64,000 nucleotides of DNA from positions 31,950-95,949 of IMG/VR virus record IMGVR_UViG_3300038412_000061; one strand, written 5' to 3'. Shown one piece after another: positions 18,600-28,523 of the stretch. The notes under the pieces were generated by a model. That model made no database searches. It was not told where the DNA came from and was given only the letters and a program-made list of their open reading frames with translations. The stretch comes from a virus. A program made the position numbers and the translations under genes. Position 1 is the first letter of the stretch. The number at the start of each line of letters is the position of its first letter.

Positions 18600-21500
18600 T
18601 TGACTCTTTCACTAGGTTCCGCAGTCACAACTAGCTACGGGGTTGGCGTTGGCTCAATGAGCATAACGCCAACCCATGTTGGCGATTGTGTTGTTTTTTG
18701 TACTTCCGTCAATACGACGGGTATATCCTGCACCGGTCTAAGCTCCAGCAATGTGGCGTGGGACTCAACACCAATTGTGACGCTCACGGCTAATGGGTAT
18801 ACCATACAGGGTTGGAAGGGCGTGGCCACGTCAACAAGCGCTGCAACGGTTACAGCCTCGTGGTCGGCGTCAATTTCTTCGAACAACACAGAGCTAGCGT
18901 CCTGGGGGGTCCACTCCTCTGTCTCTTGCACGTGGAAGTTACTTTCTGGTCAAGCCGGGTCTACTTACGGAAGCGGAACGTCATACAACTTTCCATCGCT
19001 TACATCTGGGAGCGGTGATCTTGGCGAATTCTATGGTGGCTTCGTCGTCGCTGGCAATACTGCGAGTGCTGGCTCGACCACTGGTTTCACCTACAGCCCA
19101 GACGGCAATGGGAACATGGAGATTTATGACCTCGCGCTCGCATCGTCTACGGTTTACGCACCGGGTGGAACAGAGAGCCCGTCAGGTAACTATTCCACAA
19201 TAGGATTCATAGTTCAAGCCGTTGCGCCTGTACTTTCTCTAGGCTCTGCCCCTTCAATCCAGCCAGGTATAGGGCCTCAGACACTCACCGTCACTCCCGC
19301 ACACGTAGGCGACTGCGTGATCTTCGTCACTCAGACGAGCAGCTCACCCACGATCTCTTCGACGGCACTAAGTTCAACGAACGTCACGTGGGACTCAGCG
19401 CCGATGTTCTCCTATGTTTCGGGCTATCTGAACATTCAGATTTGGAAGGGTGTGGCGACCTCCACCTCCTCTGCTGTCGTCACACCTACATGGTCTGCTT
19501 CCGTCACTGGAGTGCACATCGAACTTATGTCAATGGGCGTTCACTCGTCAGTAGCGTGTGACTGGAAGCTTCTGCCAGGAGCCAGCGGAGGAACTTCCGG
19601 GACCACCGCATCGTCTGCGCTTGTTAGTGCAGCGTCACTCACATCTGGTTCAGGTGACCTGGGCGAGTTCTACTTCGGGTACATGTACTCGTCACCCGGA
19701 GCTGCAGCAGGTACGACACCAGGGTTCACGTACTACATAGACGCCTACGGGAATGGTGAGTTCTACGATTTAGTTCTGGCGCCATCGACGGCCTACACGC
19801 CAAACATCACCAACTCTGGCTCTGGCGCGTGGGACATTGCATCAGTAATCGTTCAGGCCGTCACACCATATGATGCTTACCTTGAATCCCTGTCACCGGT
19901 AGGGTGGTGGAAGCTGGCAGATGCAGTTGGTGCATCGTCCGCCATAGACTCATCTGGCAACTCGTTCAATCTTACAAAGAACGGGACCATCACATTTGGT
20001 CAAACGACACCGTCTCAGATCAGCCCCGAAACGGGAGCTCTGTTCGATGGTACATCAGGGTATCTGATCGGGACGATGACCTCGACGCAGGCCGCTGTCT
20101 TCAGTGGCTCTTTCACCGTCGCTGCATGGGTGAATACGTCTAACTGGAGTCCCACCTCTGACGTTGAATTCTTCGGAGCGGGCGGCACATCTTACGCAAC
20201 CGATCATCTGTTCCAACTCTTCATCGACGGAAATAACTACTCTGGCGGTGGTCTCGCTATAGGCTTCTATGGAGATGACTGGGGAAGTGGCTTCCACCCG
20301 TCAGCTGGATGGCATTTCGTCGTTGCAACGGTAAGTCGTGGCGCATCAACTAGTGTTCGAACACTCTATGTGGACGGAGTGTCAAAGGGTAGCAATACGT
20401 CCACCGGCAACCTAACGGTGTCATCTGGAAACTTTCTGGAGATCGGACGAGAGCCAGCTGTAGGTAACTACTGGCCCGGTGACATTGCCCAAGTCGCTAT
20501 CTTCAACAGCGTTTTGACTTCCACAGAGATCAGTACACTTTACTCTGGTGGGGTTGCCTCCTACACCGTCACCTTCAATGCCAATGGTGGTTCGGGGACG
20601 ATGTCGCCCGAGACGGCAAGTTCCGCAACCGCTCTGACCCTGAACACGTTCACTCGCACAGGCTACGCGTTTAATGGCTGGAACACGGCTGCTGATGGCT
20701 CAGGAACGTCTTACGCTGACGGGGCAAGCTACCCATTCACATCTAGCATCACCCTTTATGCTCAATGGGCTGTTGTAATATATCATCCAACTGGGTTCCC
20801 ACTTTCCACTGGATCAGACTCAGCTGCGTGTCCGGCGCCAACCTCTTACACAATGCCGCATGCCTATGGGGCCATTGGTGACTTAGCGATATTCGCCCCT
20901 GCTTATTTCGGCACAGTAAACCCTACAATCTCGTCCATTACCGGAACACAGAGTGGCACCTGGACCCTGCGCGAGAGACTCCTTGGGTATGCCTCAGAAA
21001 ACTTGGACATATGGACCGCGCCAGTCACGGCTACGGCCAGTGCCGATGTTCTCAGCATCACCTACGCTGGGTCAACGGCTGGCGGCTGCGGTGACTTTTG
21101 GGGAGATTCACTGAGCTCAGGGTTCGGTGCCTCCACCGTGTGGTCGTTCCCGGCATCAGGCTCAACAGAGGTAGCCAAAAGTACCACGTTCTCCTATCCA
21201 GCTCTACTTAGTGCTACCACTTCTGATCCTCAGGCTTATTGGGGTCACGGCGTTCCATCAGGAGTAGCCAGCGGAGGCACGACCCCTGGGTTCTCCTATC
21301 TTGAAGGTGGAGGATTCGGACAGGAACAGATATATGATCTATCTATTGCCTCCAATACGACCTACACACCCACATCTACAGCTACTTCGAGTGGCGGAAG
21401 CAACAATGCGAACGACCTCACTGTGGGCATCATTATTAGGGCGTCTTCTGAGGTCACCGGTGTCGCTTCCGTTACTGCCGGTGCGCTAAGCGTCTCCTCT

Positions 21501-23255
21501 TCTTCTAAAAAGACAGTTAAAGGAACTGCCAGCGTAGGGGCCGGAGGTCTTAGCATAGCTTCAACTGGCAAGGTGACCGTTAAGGGCACCGCGTCAGTGA
21601 GTGCGGGTAGTGTATCCCTATCATCAACCTCAAAAAGGTCAACGTTCGCAACTGCGAGCGTAGCCTTAGGGGCTGTTAGCGTTCACTCGAATTCTGTTGA
21701 CGCAGTCTCTGGCCACGCATCTGTCACCGCAGGGACTTTGACGATTGCCTCTTCGTCTAAAAGGACCGTCAAGGGAAGTGCCAGTGTTGGTTCTGGTGCC
21801 CTTAACCTCTCTGCCGCGAGCAAGAAAACCGTCTCATCGACAGCTTCAGTAACCCTAGGTTCTGTCTCGTTTAGCTCCAATGGAACCACCACAGTTCTCG
21901 GAGTCGCAAGTGCGCCTCTAGGAACATTGACAATCGCTTCTTCTTCAAAGCGAACCGTTAAGGGAACCTCGTCTCTTTCTGTGGGTAACCTATCACTGAC
22001 GGCCTCAAGCGGTGCGTATGCCACGGTGCGCATTGGTTCGCTGACCGTTGCCGCAACTGGCAAGCGCACCGAATTGTCTGCGGCATCTATCCCTATTGGT
22101 GGACTGTCTGTGGCCTCCACAGGACAAGACACCGTTAGAGGGACAGCCTCAGTAGGCGTAGGGGGCCTAAGTCTAACCTCCGCTGGGAAGCGTACCGTAA
22201 ACGGTACCACACACGTTTCTGCAGGAAACCTATCACTATCATCAACGTCTAAGAGATCAACGTTTGCCACCTCCAACATTTCAGTTGGATCTCTTTCGCT
22301 GCACTCCAACTCTCTAGACGCCGTGTCAGGCTACGCTTCCGTGGCGGTTGGAAGCCTGTCAATTGCTAGCAGCTCGAAGACAACCGTAACCGGCACGGCA
22401 TCAGTACCGTATCGTAGTCTTTCCATCACATCTTCGTCTAAGAAGGTTGTGTTCGGGTCTGCGCTTTACGCTATCAGTGCACTTTCAGTTCACGCAAGCA
22501 GTTCTGGTGCTAAGAACGGCACGGCCAACGTCTCTGTCGGAAACCTTGGGCTTGCATCAACGTCAAAGGTCACGGTTCGAGGAGTAGTCTCGGCAGTGCT
22601 CGGTGCGCTTAGACTTGCGTTCTCCGGCGCCGCGCCAAAAACTGGTGTATCCTCTGTACTCATCGGTGCCCTTTCTGCCGCAGCGTTCGGCAAGACCACA
22701 GCACTAGGATCTACTTCCATAGGTGTCGGTGGGGTCTCGCTGTCATCGTCTTCGCGCCGAACTGTGATTGGAACTGCTGACACAACCATCGGCGCTGCGA
22801 GTGTTGAGTTAACCTCAAAGCGCACTGCCACAGGGAGACCCTCAATCGTCCTTGGGCCTCTTGACTTGGCATCTCGCGGGGGAAGAGTAGTCGCAGGAGC
22901 TTCAGCGCTGCAATTCGGCAACGTGACAATCTCGTCCTCTTCGAAGCGAAGTGTATTTTCAAGGTCTGCAGCTTCGATGGGTCCAACTTATTTGACTGCC
23001 ACTGGGCAGAGGGTAGCGACTGGGTACCCACAGGTAACCTTGAGCGGCCTTGAGCTATCTTCGCTGTCCGTAGTGACAAGCACCTCTCCGTTCACGCATC
23101 CTGGCGCCGTCGAATTCGGAATCCTGCAGCCGAAAACGTCTTTGTTGAGTCGAGCAAACAAGATAGAGATCCATACCCAATCACCCTCAGTCAGCGCAGG
23201 ATTCATAGCAACACAATTGGAAGCTTCAGTATCCAGACCATCAGTTAGGACTTAA
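18600..23255 (+). CDS. large modular virion protein (3 repeated beta domains, LamG, InlB B-repeat, 21-aa repeat stalk)
   Basis: PVGWWKL...GDIAQVAIFNSVLT (LamG); YTVTFNANGG...TLYAQW (B-repeat); periodic K(K/R)TVxGTASV repeats. Confidence 0.72.
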   Translation: MTLSLGSAVTTSYGVGVGSMSITPTHVGDCVVFCTSVNTTGISCTGLSSSNVAWDSTPIVTLTANGYTIQGWKGVATSTSAATVTASWSASISSNNTELASWGVHSSVSCTWKLLSGQAGSTYGSGTSYNFPSLTSGSGDLGEFYGGFVVAGNTASAGSTTGFTYSPDGNGNMEIYDLALASSTVYAPGGTESPSGNYSTIGFIVQAVAPVLSLGSAPSIQPGIGPQTLTVTPAHVGDCVIFVTQTSSSPTISSTALSSTNVTWDSAPMFSYVSGYLNIQIWKGVATSTSSAVVTPTWSASVTGVHIELMSMGVHSSVACDWKLLPGASGGTSGTTASSALVSAASLTSGSGDLGEFYFGYMYSSPGAAAGTTPGFTYYIDAYGNGEFYDLVLAPSTAYTPNITNSGSGAWDIASVIVQAVTPYDAYLESLSPVGWWKLADAVGASSAIDSSGNSFNLTKNGTITFGQTTPSQISPETGALFDGTSGYLIGTMTSTQAAVFSGSFTVAAWVNTSNWSPTSDVEFFGAGGTSYATDHLFQLFIDGNNYSGGGLAIGFYGDDWGSGFHPSAGWHFVVATVSRGASTSVRTLYVDGVSKGSNTSTGNLTVSSGNFLEIGREPAVGNYWPGDIAQVAIFNSVLTSTEISTLYSGGVASYTVTFNANGGSGTMSPETASSATALTLNTFTRTGYAFNGWNTAADGSGTSYADGASYPFTSSITLYAQWAVVIYHPTGFPLSTGSDSAACPAPTSYTMPHAYGAIGDLAIFAPAYFGTVNPTISSITGTQSGTWTLRERLLGYASENLDIWTAPVTATASADVLSITYAGSTAGGCGDFWGDSLSSGFGASTVWSFPASGSTEVAKSTTFSYPALLSATTSDPQAYWGHGVPSGVASGGTTPGFSYLEGGGFGQEQIYDLSIASNTTYTPTSTATSSGGSNNANDLTVGIIIRASSEVTGVASVTAGALSVSSSSKKTVKGTASVGAGGLSIASTGKVTVKGTASVSAGSVSLSSTSKRSTFATASVALGAVSVHSNSVDAVSGHASVTAGTLTIASSSKRTVKGSASVGSGALNLSAASKKTVSSTASVTLGSVSFSSNGTTTVLGVASAPLGTLTIASSSKRTVKGTSSLSVGNLSLTASSGAYATVRIGSLTVAATGKRTELSAASIPIGGLSVASTGQDTVRGTASVGVGGLSLTSAGKRTVNGTTHVSAGNLSLSSTSKRSTFATSNISVGSLSLHSNSLDAVSGYASVAVGSLSIASSSKTTVTGTASVPYRSLSITSSSKKVVFGSALYAISALSVHASSSGAKNGTANVSVGNLGLASTSKVTVRGVVSAVLGALRLAFSGAAPKTGVSSVLIGALSAAAFGKTTALGSTSIGVGGVSLSSSSRRTVIGTADTTIGAASVELTSKRTATGRPSIVLGPLDLASRGGRVVAGASALQFGNVTISSSSKRSVFSRSAASMGPTYLTATGQRVATGYPQVTLSGLELSSLSVVTSTSPFTHPGAVEFGILQPKTSLLSRANKIEIHTQSPSVSAGFIATQLEASVSRPSVRT

Positions 23256-23258
23256 CAA

Positions 23259-23864
23259 ATGGCAAGCAATCCCACAATCACTACAGTCCAGTATGGATCT
23301 GTCTTTAGGTTCATCAACGATATGGATGGACCGTTCACTTCTCTCGACGGAGTAGTGGTGGACCCCGACATCGTCAGCATCACCTTCACACCGACCGCTT
23401 CCCCGAACTCTACCCCAACTCCGGTGACCTTCACATACACCAACGGTGCGATTCCACCAGACCCAAGCTATATGGTGAACAGATTCGAACTGCCCATAGC
23501 CTCCGTGACCCCAAGTTATCCGGTGCCTGGACAGGTCGGGTACACCACGACGGGGAACAACAACTTCATCGTAGGACAGACCGTTACGATTGCAGGCATC
23601 TCCACTGCAGGGTACAATGGGACGTTCACAGTCGCGGCTGTTCAGAGCGATGGGGGTTTCTCCGTGATCAACTCCACAACCACGACCCCCACGGTCTCAT
23701 CGCCTACCGTGACCGCCAACGGGATTTACTACATGGACGTGGACACTACCGCCTACACCACTGGTGTGTGGGAGTACTACATTTCAGGCGAACCAGGTCC
23801 CAGCGGTATCGACCTCACGAAGACAAAGGTGCGCTCGCAAATTTACAGTCTTCTTGTCGAATAA
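23259..23864 (+). CDS. virion structural protein with FCCH-like beta-barrel insert
   Basis: FIVGQTVTIAG...YNGTFTV motif inside a BppU-like frame. Confidence 0.45.
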   Translation: MASNPTITTVQYGSVFRFINDMDGPFTSLDGVVVDPDIVSITFTPTASPNSTPTPVTFTYTNGAIPPDPSYMVNRFELPIASVTPSYPVPGQVGYTTTGNNNFIVGQTVTIAGISTAGYNGTFTVAAVQSDGGFSVINSTTTTPTVSSPTVTANGIYYMDVDTTAYTTGVWEYYISGEPGPSGIDLTKTKVRSQIYSLLVE

Positions 23865-23881
23865 TTCGAACCAAGAAATAC

Positions 23882-23910
23882 TTGCAAAGTCCCTCGTTTC
23901 CTGCTATAAT
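23882..23910 (+). promoter_or_regulatory. SigA-type promoter
   Basis: TTGCAA-17-TATAAT with TG extension. Confidence 0.75.
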
Positions 23911-23930
23911 GGTGGTGAAAGCGAGGGATT

Positions 23931-24188
23931 TTGTCTGTACCGAACATAGACGTTTTCAGAAAAAAGACTGGGTGCATTATCTCCACCCTCCCCTTCTCCG
24001 CCGAACAAAGAGCGGCGTTTGATGCTGTCATGGACGCAGATCAAGAAGAGTACCCTAACGTCCAGATTCAAGAAGTAGTCAGCAAAGAGTGGGGCATTGC
24101 CTTGAAAAAGACAGCGCTTTCCGCTCATCGACGCAAGAAGTGCTTGTGCTTCGAGGGCAACATCGCCCGTAATATGGAGAACAAATGA
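23931..24188 (+). CDS. small HTH/Zn protein upstream of phosphoesterase
   Basis: N-terminal Cys and C-terminal HRRKKCLC; ATGA coupled to next gene. Confidence 0.55.
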   Translation: MSVPNIDVFRKKTGCIISTLPFSAEQRAAFDAVMDADQEEYPNVQIQEVVSKEWGIALKKTALSAHRRKKCLCFEGNIARNMENK

Positions 24189-25408
24189 CCGAAATCATTT
24201 CGCAGTTTCGCCGCACTCCCCGTCAGAAGTTTGACCACCCTAAGGGGTTCGAGCCAGGAGTTCAGTGGGAACCCGGCAAGGGTGGACACCTAACAGTGAT
24301 CGCTGATTCTGAACCAGACTCTTCGATTTGGCTAAACCTTATTGAGGACTGGGACTTGAACCCGGCTCAAGTAGAGGTAGTCCCAGGAACGGTGCAAGTT
24401 CGTGCATGGGACGCCAACATGGGGGACGGAGAGGTAAAGCGTTTTAAGTACTACCGCGCCACACTCCGGCCAAAGACTGGAATCACCAGCGCAGAACATC
24501 AGGCGGACGTAGAAGAACTGATGAAGTTCGTGAAGGGACGCAAGCCGGTAAAGGTCACCACCTCAGAGGTGGTTGACACAACACTCTTGGTCCTTCTTGC
24601 TGACTGGCAGGTTGGCAACGGAGAGGCCGGTGGAACTGACAAGATCATCGAGCAGATCCTTGCCTCTCGTGATCGAGCTGTTGCCCGTGCAAAGACGTTG
24701 CGCAAGCTCGGCAAGATAGGTGACACTGTGTGTTTGGCGGGTTTGGGCGACCTGGCTGAGGGGTGCCTAGGCTGGTACCCAATGCAATGCTATTCTACTG
24801 ACCGCAACATCCGTGAGCAGGACCGCATTGTGCGACACTTGATCATCGAATGGATCGATGGATTCGTGGCAGAGGGCTTTAAGGTCACCGTTTTTGGTGT
24901 AGGAGGTAACCACGGCGAGCAGCGTGTTGATGGGAAAGCGTACACCTCGTTTGACGACAACAGAGACGTTCAGGCGTTTGAAATCGTTGCGGAGATTCTT
25001 GCTGACAACCCGCGCTATGAAAATGTGTCGTTCCCAATGGGAATCCTAGACGAGTACGACCTTAGCGCCACCCTGGACATCTCTGGCGTGCCTTGCACGT
25101 TTGTGCACGGACACCAGTTTGGTGCAGGAGGCCAGGGCAACAAAGTCAACGTCATTGAAAAGTGGTTCACCAACCAGGTTATGGGCCGACGCCCAGTTTC
25201 TGATGCGGAGATACTGTTTAGCGGGCACTTCCACCACTTCATTGCCTCAGAGGCGAGTGGCCGTCAGGTCTTTCAGGCACCGGCCTCAGACACTGGTTCT
25301 GCATGGTTTACGAACAGCACTGGCAAGTCGTCGCACCCAGGAGTTCTGACCCTCGTTATCGGGGATGACGCTGGCTTCCGTGGATGGAACGACCTAGCGA
25401 TCCTCTAA
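24185..25408 (+). CDS. calcineurin-like metallophosphoesterase (Mre11/SbcD-like)
   Basis: DWQVG, GDLAEG, GNHGE, HGH, GHFHH motifs. Confidence 0.85.
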   Translation: MTEIISQFRRTPRQKFDHPKGFEPGVQWEPGKGGHLTVIADSEPDSSIWLNLIEDWDLNPAQVEVVPGTVQVRAWDANMGDGEVKRFKYYRATLRPKTGITSAEHQADVEELMKFVKGRKPVKVTTSEVVDTTLLVLLADWQVGNGEAGGTDKIIEQILASRDRAVARAKTLRKLGKIGDTVCLAGLGDLAEGCLGWYPMQCYSTDRNIREQDRIVRHLIIEWIDGFVAEGFKVTVFGVGGNHGEQRVDGKAYTSFDDNRDVQAFEIVAEILADNPRYENVSFPMGILDEYDLSATLDISGVPCTFVHGHQFGAGGQGNKVNVIEKWFTNQVMGRRPVSDAEILFSGHFHHFIASEASGRQVFQAPASDTGSAWFTNSTGKSSHPGVLTLVIGDDAGFRGWNDLAIL

Positions 25409-25683
25409 TGGCTAGAGACAAGCTTGACGAGACGCGGAAGGTACAAAAGCCTCCGCCCGATGACGTTCTGTCTGTGCAGAAGAAGCGCGAATGGCTGCCT
25501 TGGGAGCAAGGTGATGTCCCGTGCGAGATATGCGGCCTTCTGTGCCCACTCAACTGTTACGAAGGATTTGAGACCGTTCACATTACCTGCACCTACACGG
25601 TGAGTGGCAAGAGATGGGTCAAGGCACGCAATGCTGCGAAGAAGAAGGCCCTTCTAGCTAGCACCAAGCCCGAACTGTTCTGA
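25408..25683 (+). CDS. small Cys-rich hypothetical protein
   Basis: TAATG overlap; CEICG...HITC. Confidence 0.55.
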   Translation: MARDKLDETRKVQKPPPDDVLSVQKKREWLPWEQGDVPCEICGLLCPLNCYEGFETVHITCTYTVSGKRWVKARNAAKKKALLASTKPELF

Positions 25684-26013
25684 GCACAGGAGTTCTTCGA
25701 ACGCATCATCAGGGTCAGTACCCTCCGAGATCCACACTGCCCGGTCGTCGGGACGGCTTCCCCACACTCCTTGGTCGTCTTTGTTCTCCAGAGCAAACGT
25801 GAAGCACTCCCTGCGCACTGGGCATCTTTTGCAAATGTCGAGTCCCCTCTGCATGTACGCAGCTTGCCCCTGCCCTGGGAAGAAGAACTCTTGAGGCTCG
25901 CCAATACACAGAGCGTCGTGGACCCATGGCGGACGCTGACGTTGTAGCATGGATATGAACTGAGCTATCTCCCAGTCAGAAAACGAAATGACTGGATGTT
26001 CCCTACTTGTCAC
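25654..26013 (-). CDS. whiB: WhiB-family transcription factor
   Basis: WVHDALC...FFP...ICKRCPVRREC...GVWG; start uncertain (GTG 26013 or later ATG). Confidence 0.88.
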   Translation of the reverse strand: MTSREHPVISFSDWEIAQFISMLQRQRPPWVHDALCIGEPQEFFFPGQGQAAYMQRGLDICKRCPVRRECFTFALENKDDQGVWGSRPDDRAVWISEGTDPDDAFEELLCSEQFGLGAS

Positions 26014-26164
26014 GCAGCCCCAATTCGTTGTAAATGTGGAGGTGCGCAGACGCATGGGCCATAGGACTATTGTCCTCAACACCAAGGTTCGATCCACAGG
26101 AGCACTTTACTCTGAGCTTGCCCTTTTCGGGAGTGATTTCTACGTAATGCGTGGTATTGCTCAT
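26003..26164 (-). CDS. small Zn-finger-like protein
   Basis: CSCG...HASAH; ATGA overlap with HNH stop. Confidence 0.55.
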   Translation of the reverse strand: MSNTTHYVEITPEKGKLRVKCSCGSNLGVEDNSPMAHASAHLHIYNELGLRDK

Positions 26165-26556
26165 TTCACAAATCCCTTTTCTTTCGCCTCTTGATCTCTG
26201 ATAGTAATCAGTGTGTGGCACGAACGGCACACAGCACGAAAGTTTGAGTCGTCGTCCCCAACTGGGACAAGGGCGCCCCCTTGCGAGCGCAACTTTATCT
26301 CGTCTACGTCCACTGACTCTCCACCGCACCCACGTAGCCTAGCTTCGCAGGTCGGATGTTCGCTCAGGAACTTTACGACAAAGGGGATTCTTTCCTCTTC
26401 ATAAAACTTAGCCATCTTCTCTGACCGGGCTCGGATCTTCTTACGGGATCTGAGCCCGGTCTTGGCTTTAGAGAGGCCCGAGGTACTGTTCGAGCTGCTC
26501 TTGGTAAATGGTGTTCGCGCGAGCGAGACGTGCGATTTCAAGGTCCCTTTTTTCAA
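26161..26556 (-). CDS. HNH endonuclease
   Basis: CEARLRGC...VDEIKLRSQGG...NFRAVCRSCH; start uncertain. Confidence 0.75.
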   Translation of the reverse strand: MKKGTLKSHVSLARTPFTKSSSNSTSGLSKAKTGLRSRKKIRARSEKMAKFYEEERIPFVVKFLSEHPTCEARLRGCGGESVDVDEIKLRSQGGALVPVGDDDSNFRAVCRSCHTLITIRDQEAKEKGFVK

Positions 26557-26623
26557 TTTGGTGCTCCGCCTCGAATAGCTGCATCTCAAGCTCGTGTATG
26601 TAGTCTAGTGTCTCTTCGTCCAT
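26468..26623 (-). CDS. small acidic coiled-coil protein (51 aa, not in ORF track)
   Basis: MDEETLDYIHELEMQLFEAEHQIEKRDLEIARL...; starts right after upstream stop. Confidence 0.5.
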   Translation of the reverse strand: MDEETLDYIHELEMQLFEAEHQIEKRDLEIARLARANTIYQEQLEQYLGPL

Positions 26624-26998
26624 CTATGAGCCTCCAGTAACGGTTCGGTAGTTGCTGTTCAAACTCTGTAAAGCCCCGATCTCTTCGCGTATGGAGAGAA
26701 GTGCTTGCCTGTGTGCGTCCCTTTTCGCTGCAGTAGCTTCCATTTCGAAACGTTCATCTTCTGTCTCGATGGTGGCTATGTCATCTGCCGCATCTCCACT
26801 AATCTTCACTCCATTGACGACCCCAAGAACTCGCGCATTAAAACGCTCCTTGGCAAACCTCGTTTTGAACAGCGTCTCGGCTCTTCCAGCGGCTTCGATT
26901 ACATCAAGGTACCCACTAGTCAGTTCGTTCTGACGGTTGATGGCGTCTCTTAAGCGGTTCTCGATGGCGCCAATAGAAAGGGGACCACGTTCGGACAT
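26624..26998 (-). CDS. hypothetical coiled-coil protein
   Basis: 124-aa ORF, translationally coupled. Confidence 0.6.
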   Translation of the reverse strand: MSERGPLSIGAIENRLRDAINRQNELTSGYLDVIEAAGRAETLFKTRFAKERFNARVLGVVNGVKISGDAADDIATIETEDERFEMEATAAKRDAHRQALLSIREEIGALQSLNSNYRTVTGGS

Positions 26999-27327
26999 CA
27001 GGCTGAGTGTGTTCCTTCGACTTGACGGGCTTCACGACTGACAGTTCGGGAGTTGAGAGAATCAAGTGCTGCGTTTAGATGCGAGATGGCTTCAGCGTTC
27101 TCTTCGCAGAAGAACTTACCGTTGCTAGCCGCCTGGTAGAACTCTATCCGCTGCTTGGCTGCAGCTATCACGGTCTCCACAAACGCGCCGTTCGGTTCCA
27201 AACGATCCTCTCCGCGCCCCAGTGGGCCGTCCTGCCAGGAAATGACGAGTCCAACACCAACGACGGTACCGCCAGTCGGGTTGCCGTTCTTGTCAATCTT
27301 GTTCTCGGCTTCAAATTTTGCTAGCAT
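26998..27327 (-). CDS. Tad1-like cyclic-nucleotide sponge (anti-Thoeris/CBASS)
   Basis: WQDGP...NG...QRIEFYQ...FFCEENAEAISHLNAALDSLNSRT..R..RQVEGT matches the Tad1 pattern as recalled. Confidence 0.72.
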   Translation of the reverse strand: MLAKFEAENKIDKNGNPTGGTVVGVGLVISWQDGPLGRGEDRLEPNGAFVETVIAAAKQRIEFYQAASNGKFFCEENAEAISHLNAALDSLNSRTVSREARQVEGTHSA

Positions 27328-27328
27328 T

Positions 27329-27481
27329 TCACTCTCCTAACACGTACTCTTCGAACTGTTCCGCGATGCTCACGGTGCTCATTGAATGGTCAACACCCTG
27401 CTGTTTGATAGCTAGCTCTAGAAGCTGAACTCGGAGGTCGATCAGCTCGCCCGTGCTGATTTCGGTAACTGCCTGTATCAC
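27329..27481 (-). CDS. small hypothetical protein (50 aa)
   Basis: Fills gap; GTGA overlap with upstream stop. Confidence 0.45.
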   Translation of the reverse strand: MIQAVTEISTGELIDLRVQLLELAIKQQGVDHSMSTVSIAEQFEEYVLGE

Positions 27482-27723
27482 TGTTGTCCTCCCCTGGCCT
27501 TGTTGGGCGTCAGCGCCGCCCTAACGACTCTGGCGGCTTGCCATCCTATACCCGCTAGGAAGAACCACCAAAAGCTGTGCGTGTGTGCGGCAACAAACCA
27601 CCAGACCGCGCCCGTGAATAGTCCAGACAGAGCAATGAGAAGCGCCGCTACCAAGAAGATCCCGAATGCTACGACGTACAGGTTACCTTTGCTCAAATCG
27701 TTTAGGTCAGGTGCTTTTATCAT
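27478..27723 (-). CDS. membrane protein
   Basis: Two TM segments. Confidence 0.6.
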   Translation of the reverse strand: MIKAPDLNDLSKGNLYVVAFGIFLVAALLIALSGLFTGAVWWFVAAHTHSFWWFFLAGIGWQAARVVRAALTPNKARGGQQ

Positions 27724-28061
27724 CTTGCGTTTACCCGTGCTTCCTCTTCTGTCGCCCCTAGTCCCACGCCGCCAGTTCTAAGGTTTGTAACCCTGAACAT
27801 CATGTTCGGCGGACGAGAAGCATCCTTGAACTCTTGGACTTCCCAAGCGTCTTTTACGAGTTCCTGCAAACTCACAATGTCAGCGAGCTTAGCGAACGGG
27901 TGGGTGGGCGTAGTATTCCATCCTACCACATCCCAATGCGACCTTTGGGCAGCAAGATTCTTTGGAATGAAACCTAGACTATCACAAAGATCATCAAAAG
28001 CCTCGTTGGACCTGTTCAGTGCACGTTCAAGCCGATCTACACGGCGCCTCAACCTTGACAT
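27720..28061 (-). CDS. hypothetical protein
   Basis: Coupled ORF in operon. Confidence 0.6.
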   Translation of the reverse strand: MSRLRRRVDRLERALNRSNEAFDDLCDSLGFIPKNLAAQRSHWDVVGWNTTPTHPFAKLADIVSLQELVKDAWEVQEFKDASRPPNMMFRVTNLRTGGVGLGATEEEARVNAR

Positions 28062-28483
28062 TAGAAAGGCTCTTCGTCAAAGGTGTACGCGGTCGGTGCT
28101 ACCTTCGTAGAGTACCCCTCAGACTTTGGGGTGCGTACCACGACTGCTGTAGCCCACTTCAAAGAAGGGGCAATCTCGTCCGCAACGATCTCAAACGCCT
28201 GACGCTTTTCCCCGGAATCAGTTTCCCAGGTACGCTGCTCCATCCGACCGGTGACTACGACTCGTGCGCCTCGCTCGATAGAAGAAGCAGTGTTCTCAGC
28301 TAGAGGCCCGTAAGAGGAAACATCGAAGAATGAAACCTTCTCCTCCCACTCCTGGGTCTGACGGTTCTGCCAGCGACGGTTGACGGCGATGCCCATTTGC
28401 AGACTCGCCTGTCCAGAGTTCAAGAACTTGAGTTCTGGCGCTCTCGTCACATTTCCTACGACTGTGATTGTGTTGTCACTCAT
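28061..28483 (-). CDS. ssb: single-stranded DNA-binding protein
   Basis: ITVVGNVTRAPELKF...VVVTGRMEQRTWE; acidic DEEPF tail. Confidence 0.95.
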   Translation of the reverse strand: MSDNTITVVGNVTRAPELKFLNSGQASLQMGIAVNRRWQNRQTQEWEEKVSFFDVSSYGPLAENTASSIERGARVVVTGRMEQRTWETDSGEKRQAFEIVADEIAPSLKWATAVVVRTPKSEGYSTKVAPTAYTFDEEPF

Positions 28484-28523
28484 TAGTGTCCTTTTCTATA
28501 TTCGTGAACTTTTGCGACCACTG

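Noticed and set aside
12888-23255. Diversity-generating retroelement acting on fibres
   Set aside because: No reverse transcriptase and no adenine-variant TR/VR pair seen; repeats are old protein-domain duplications
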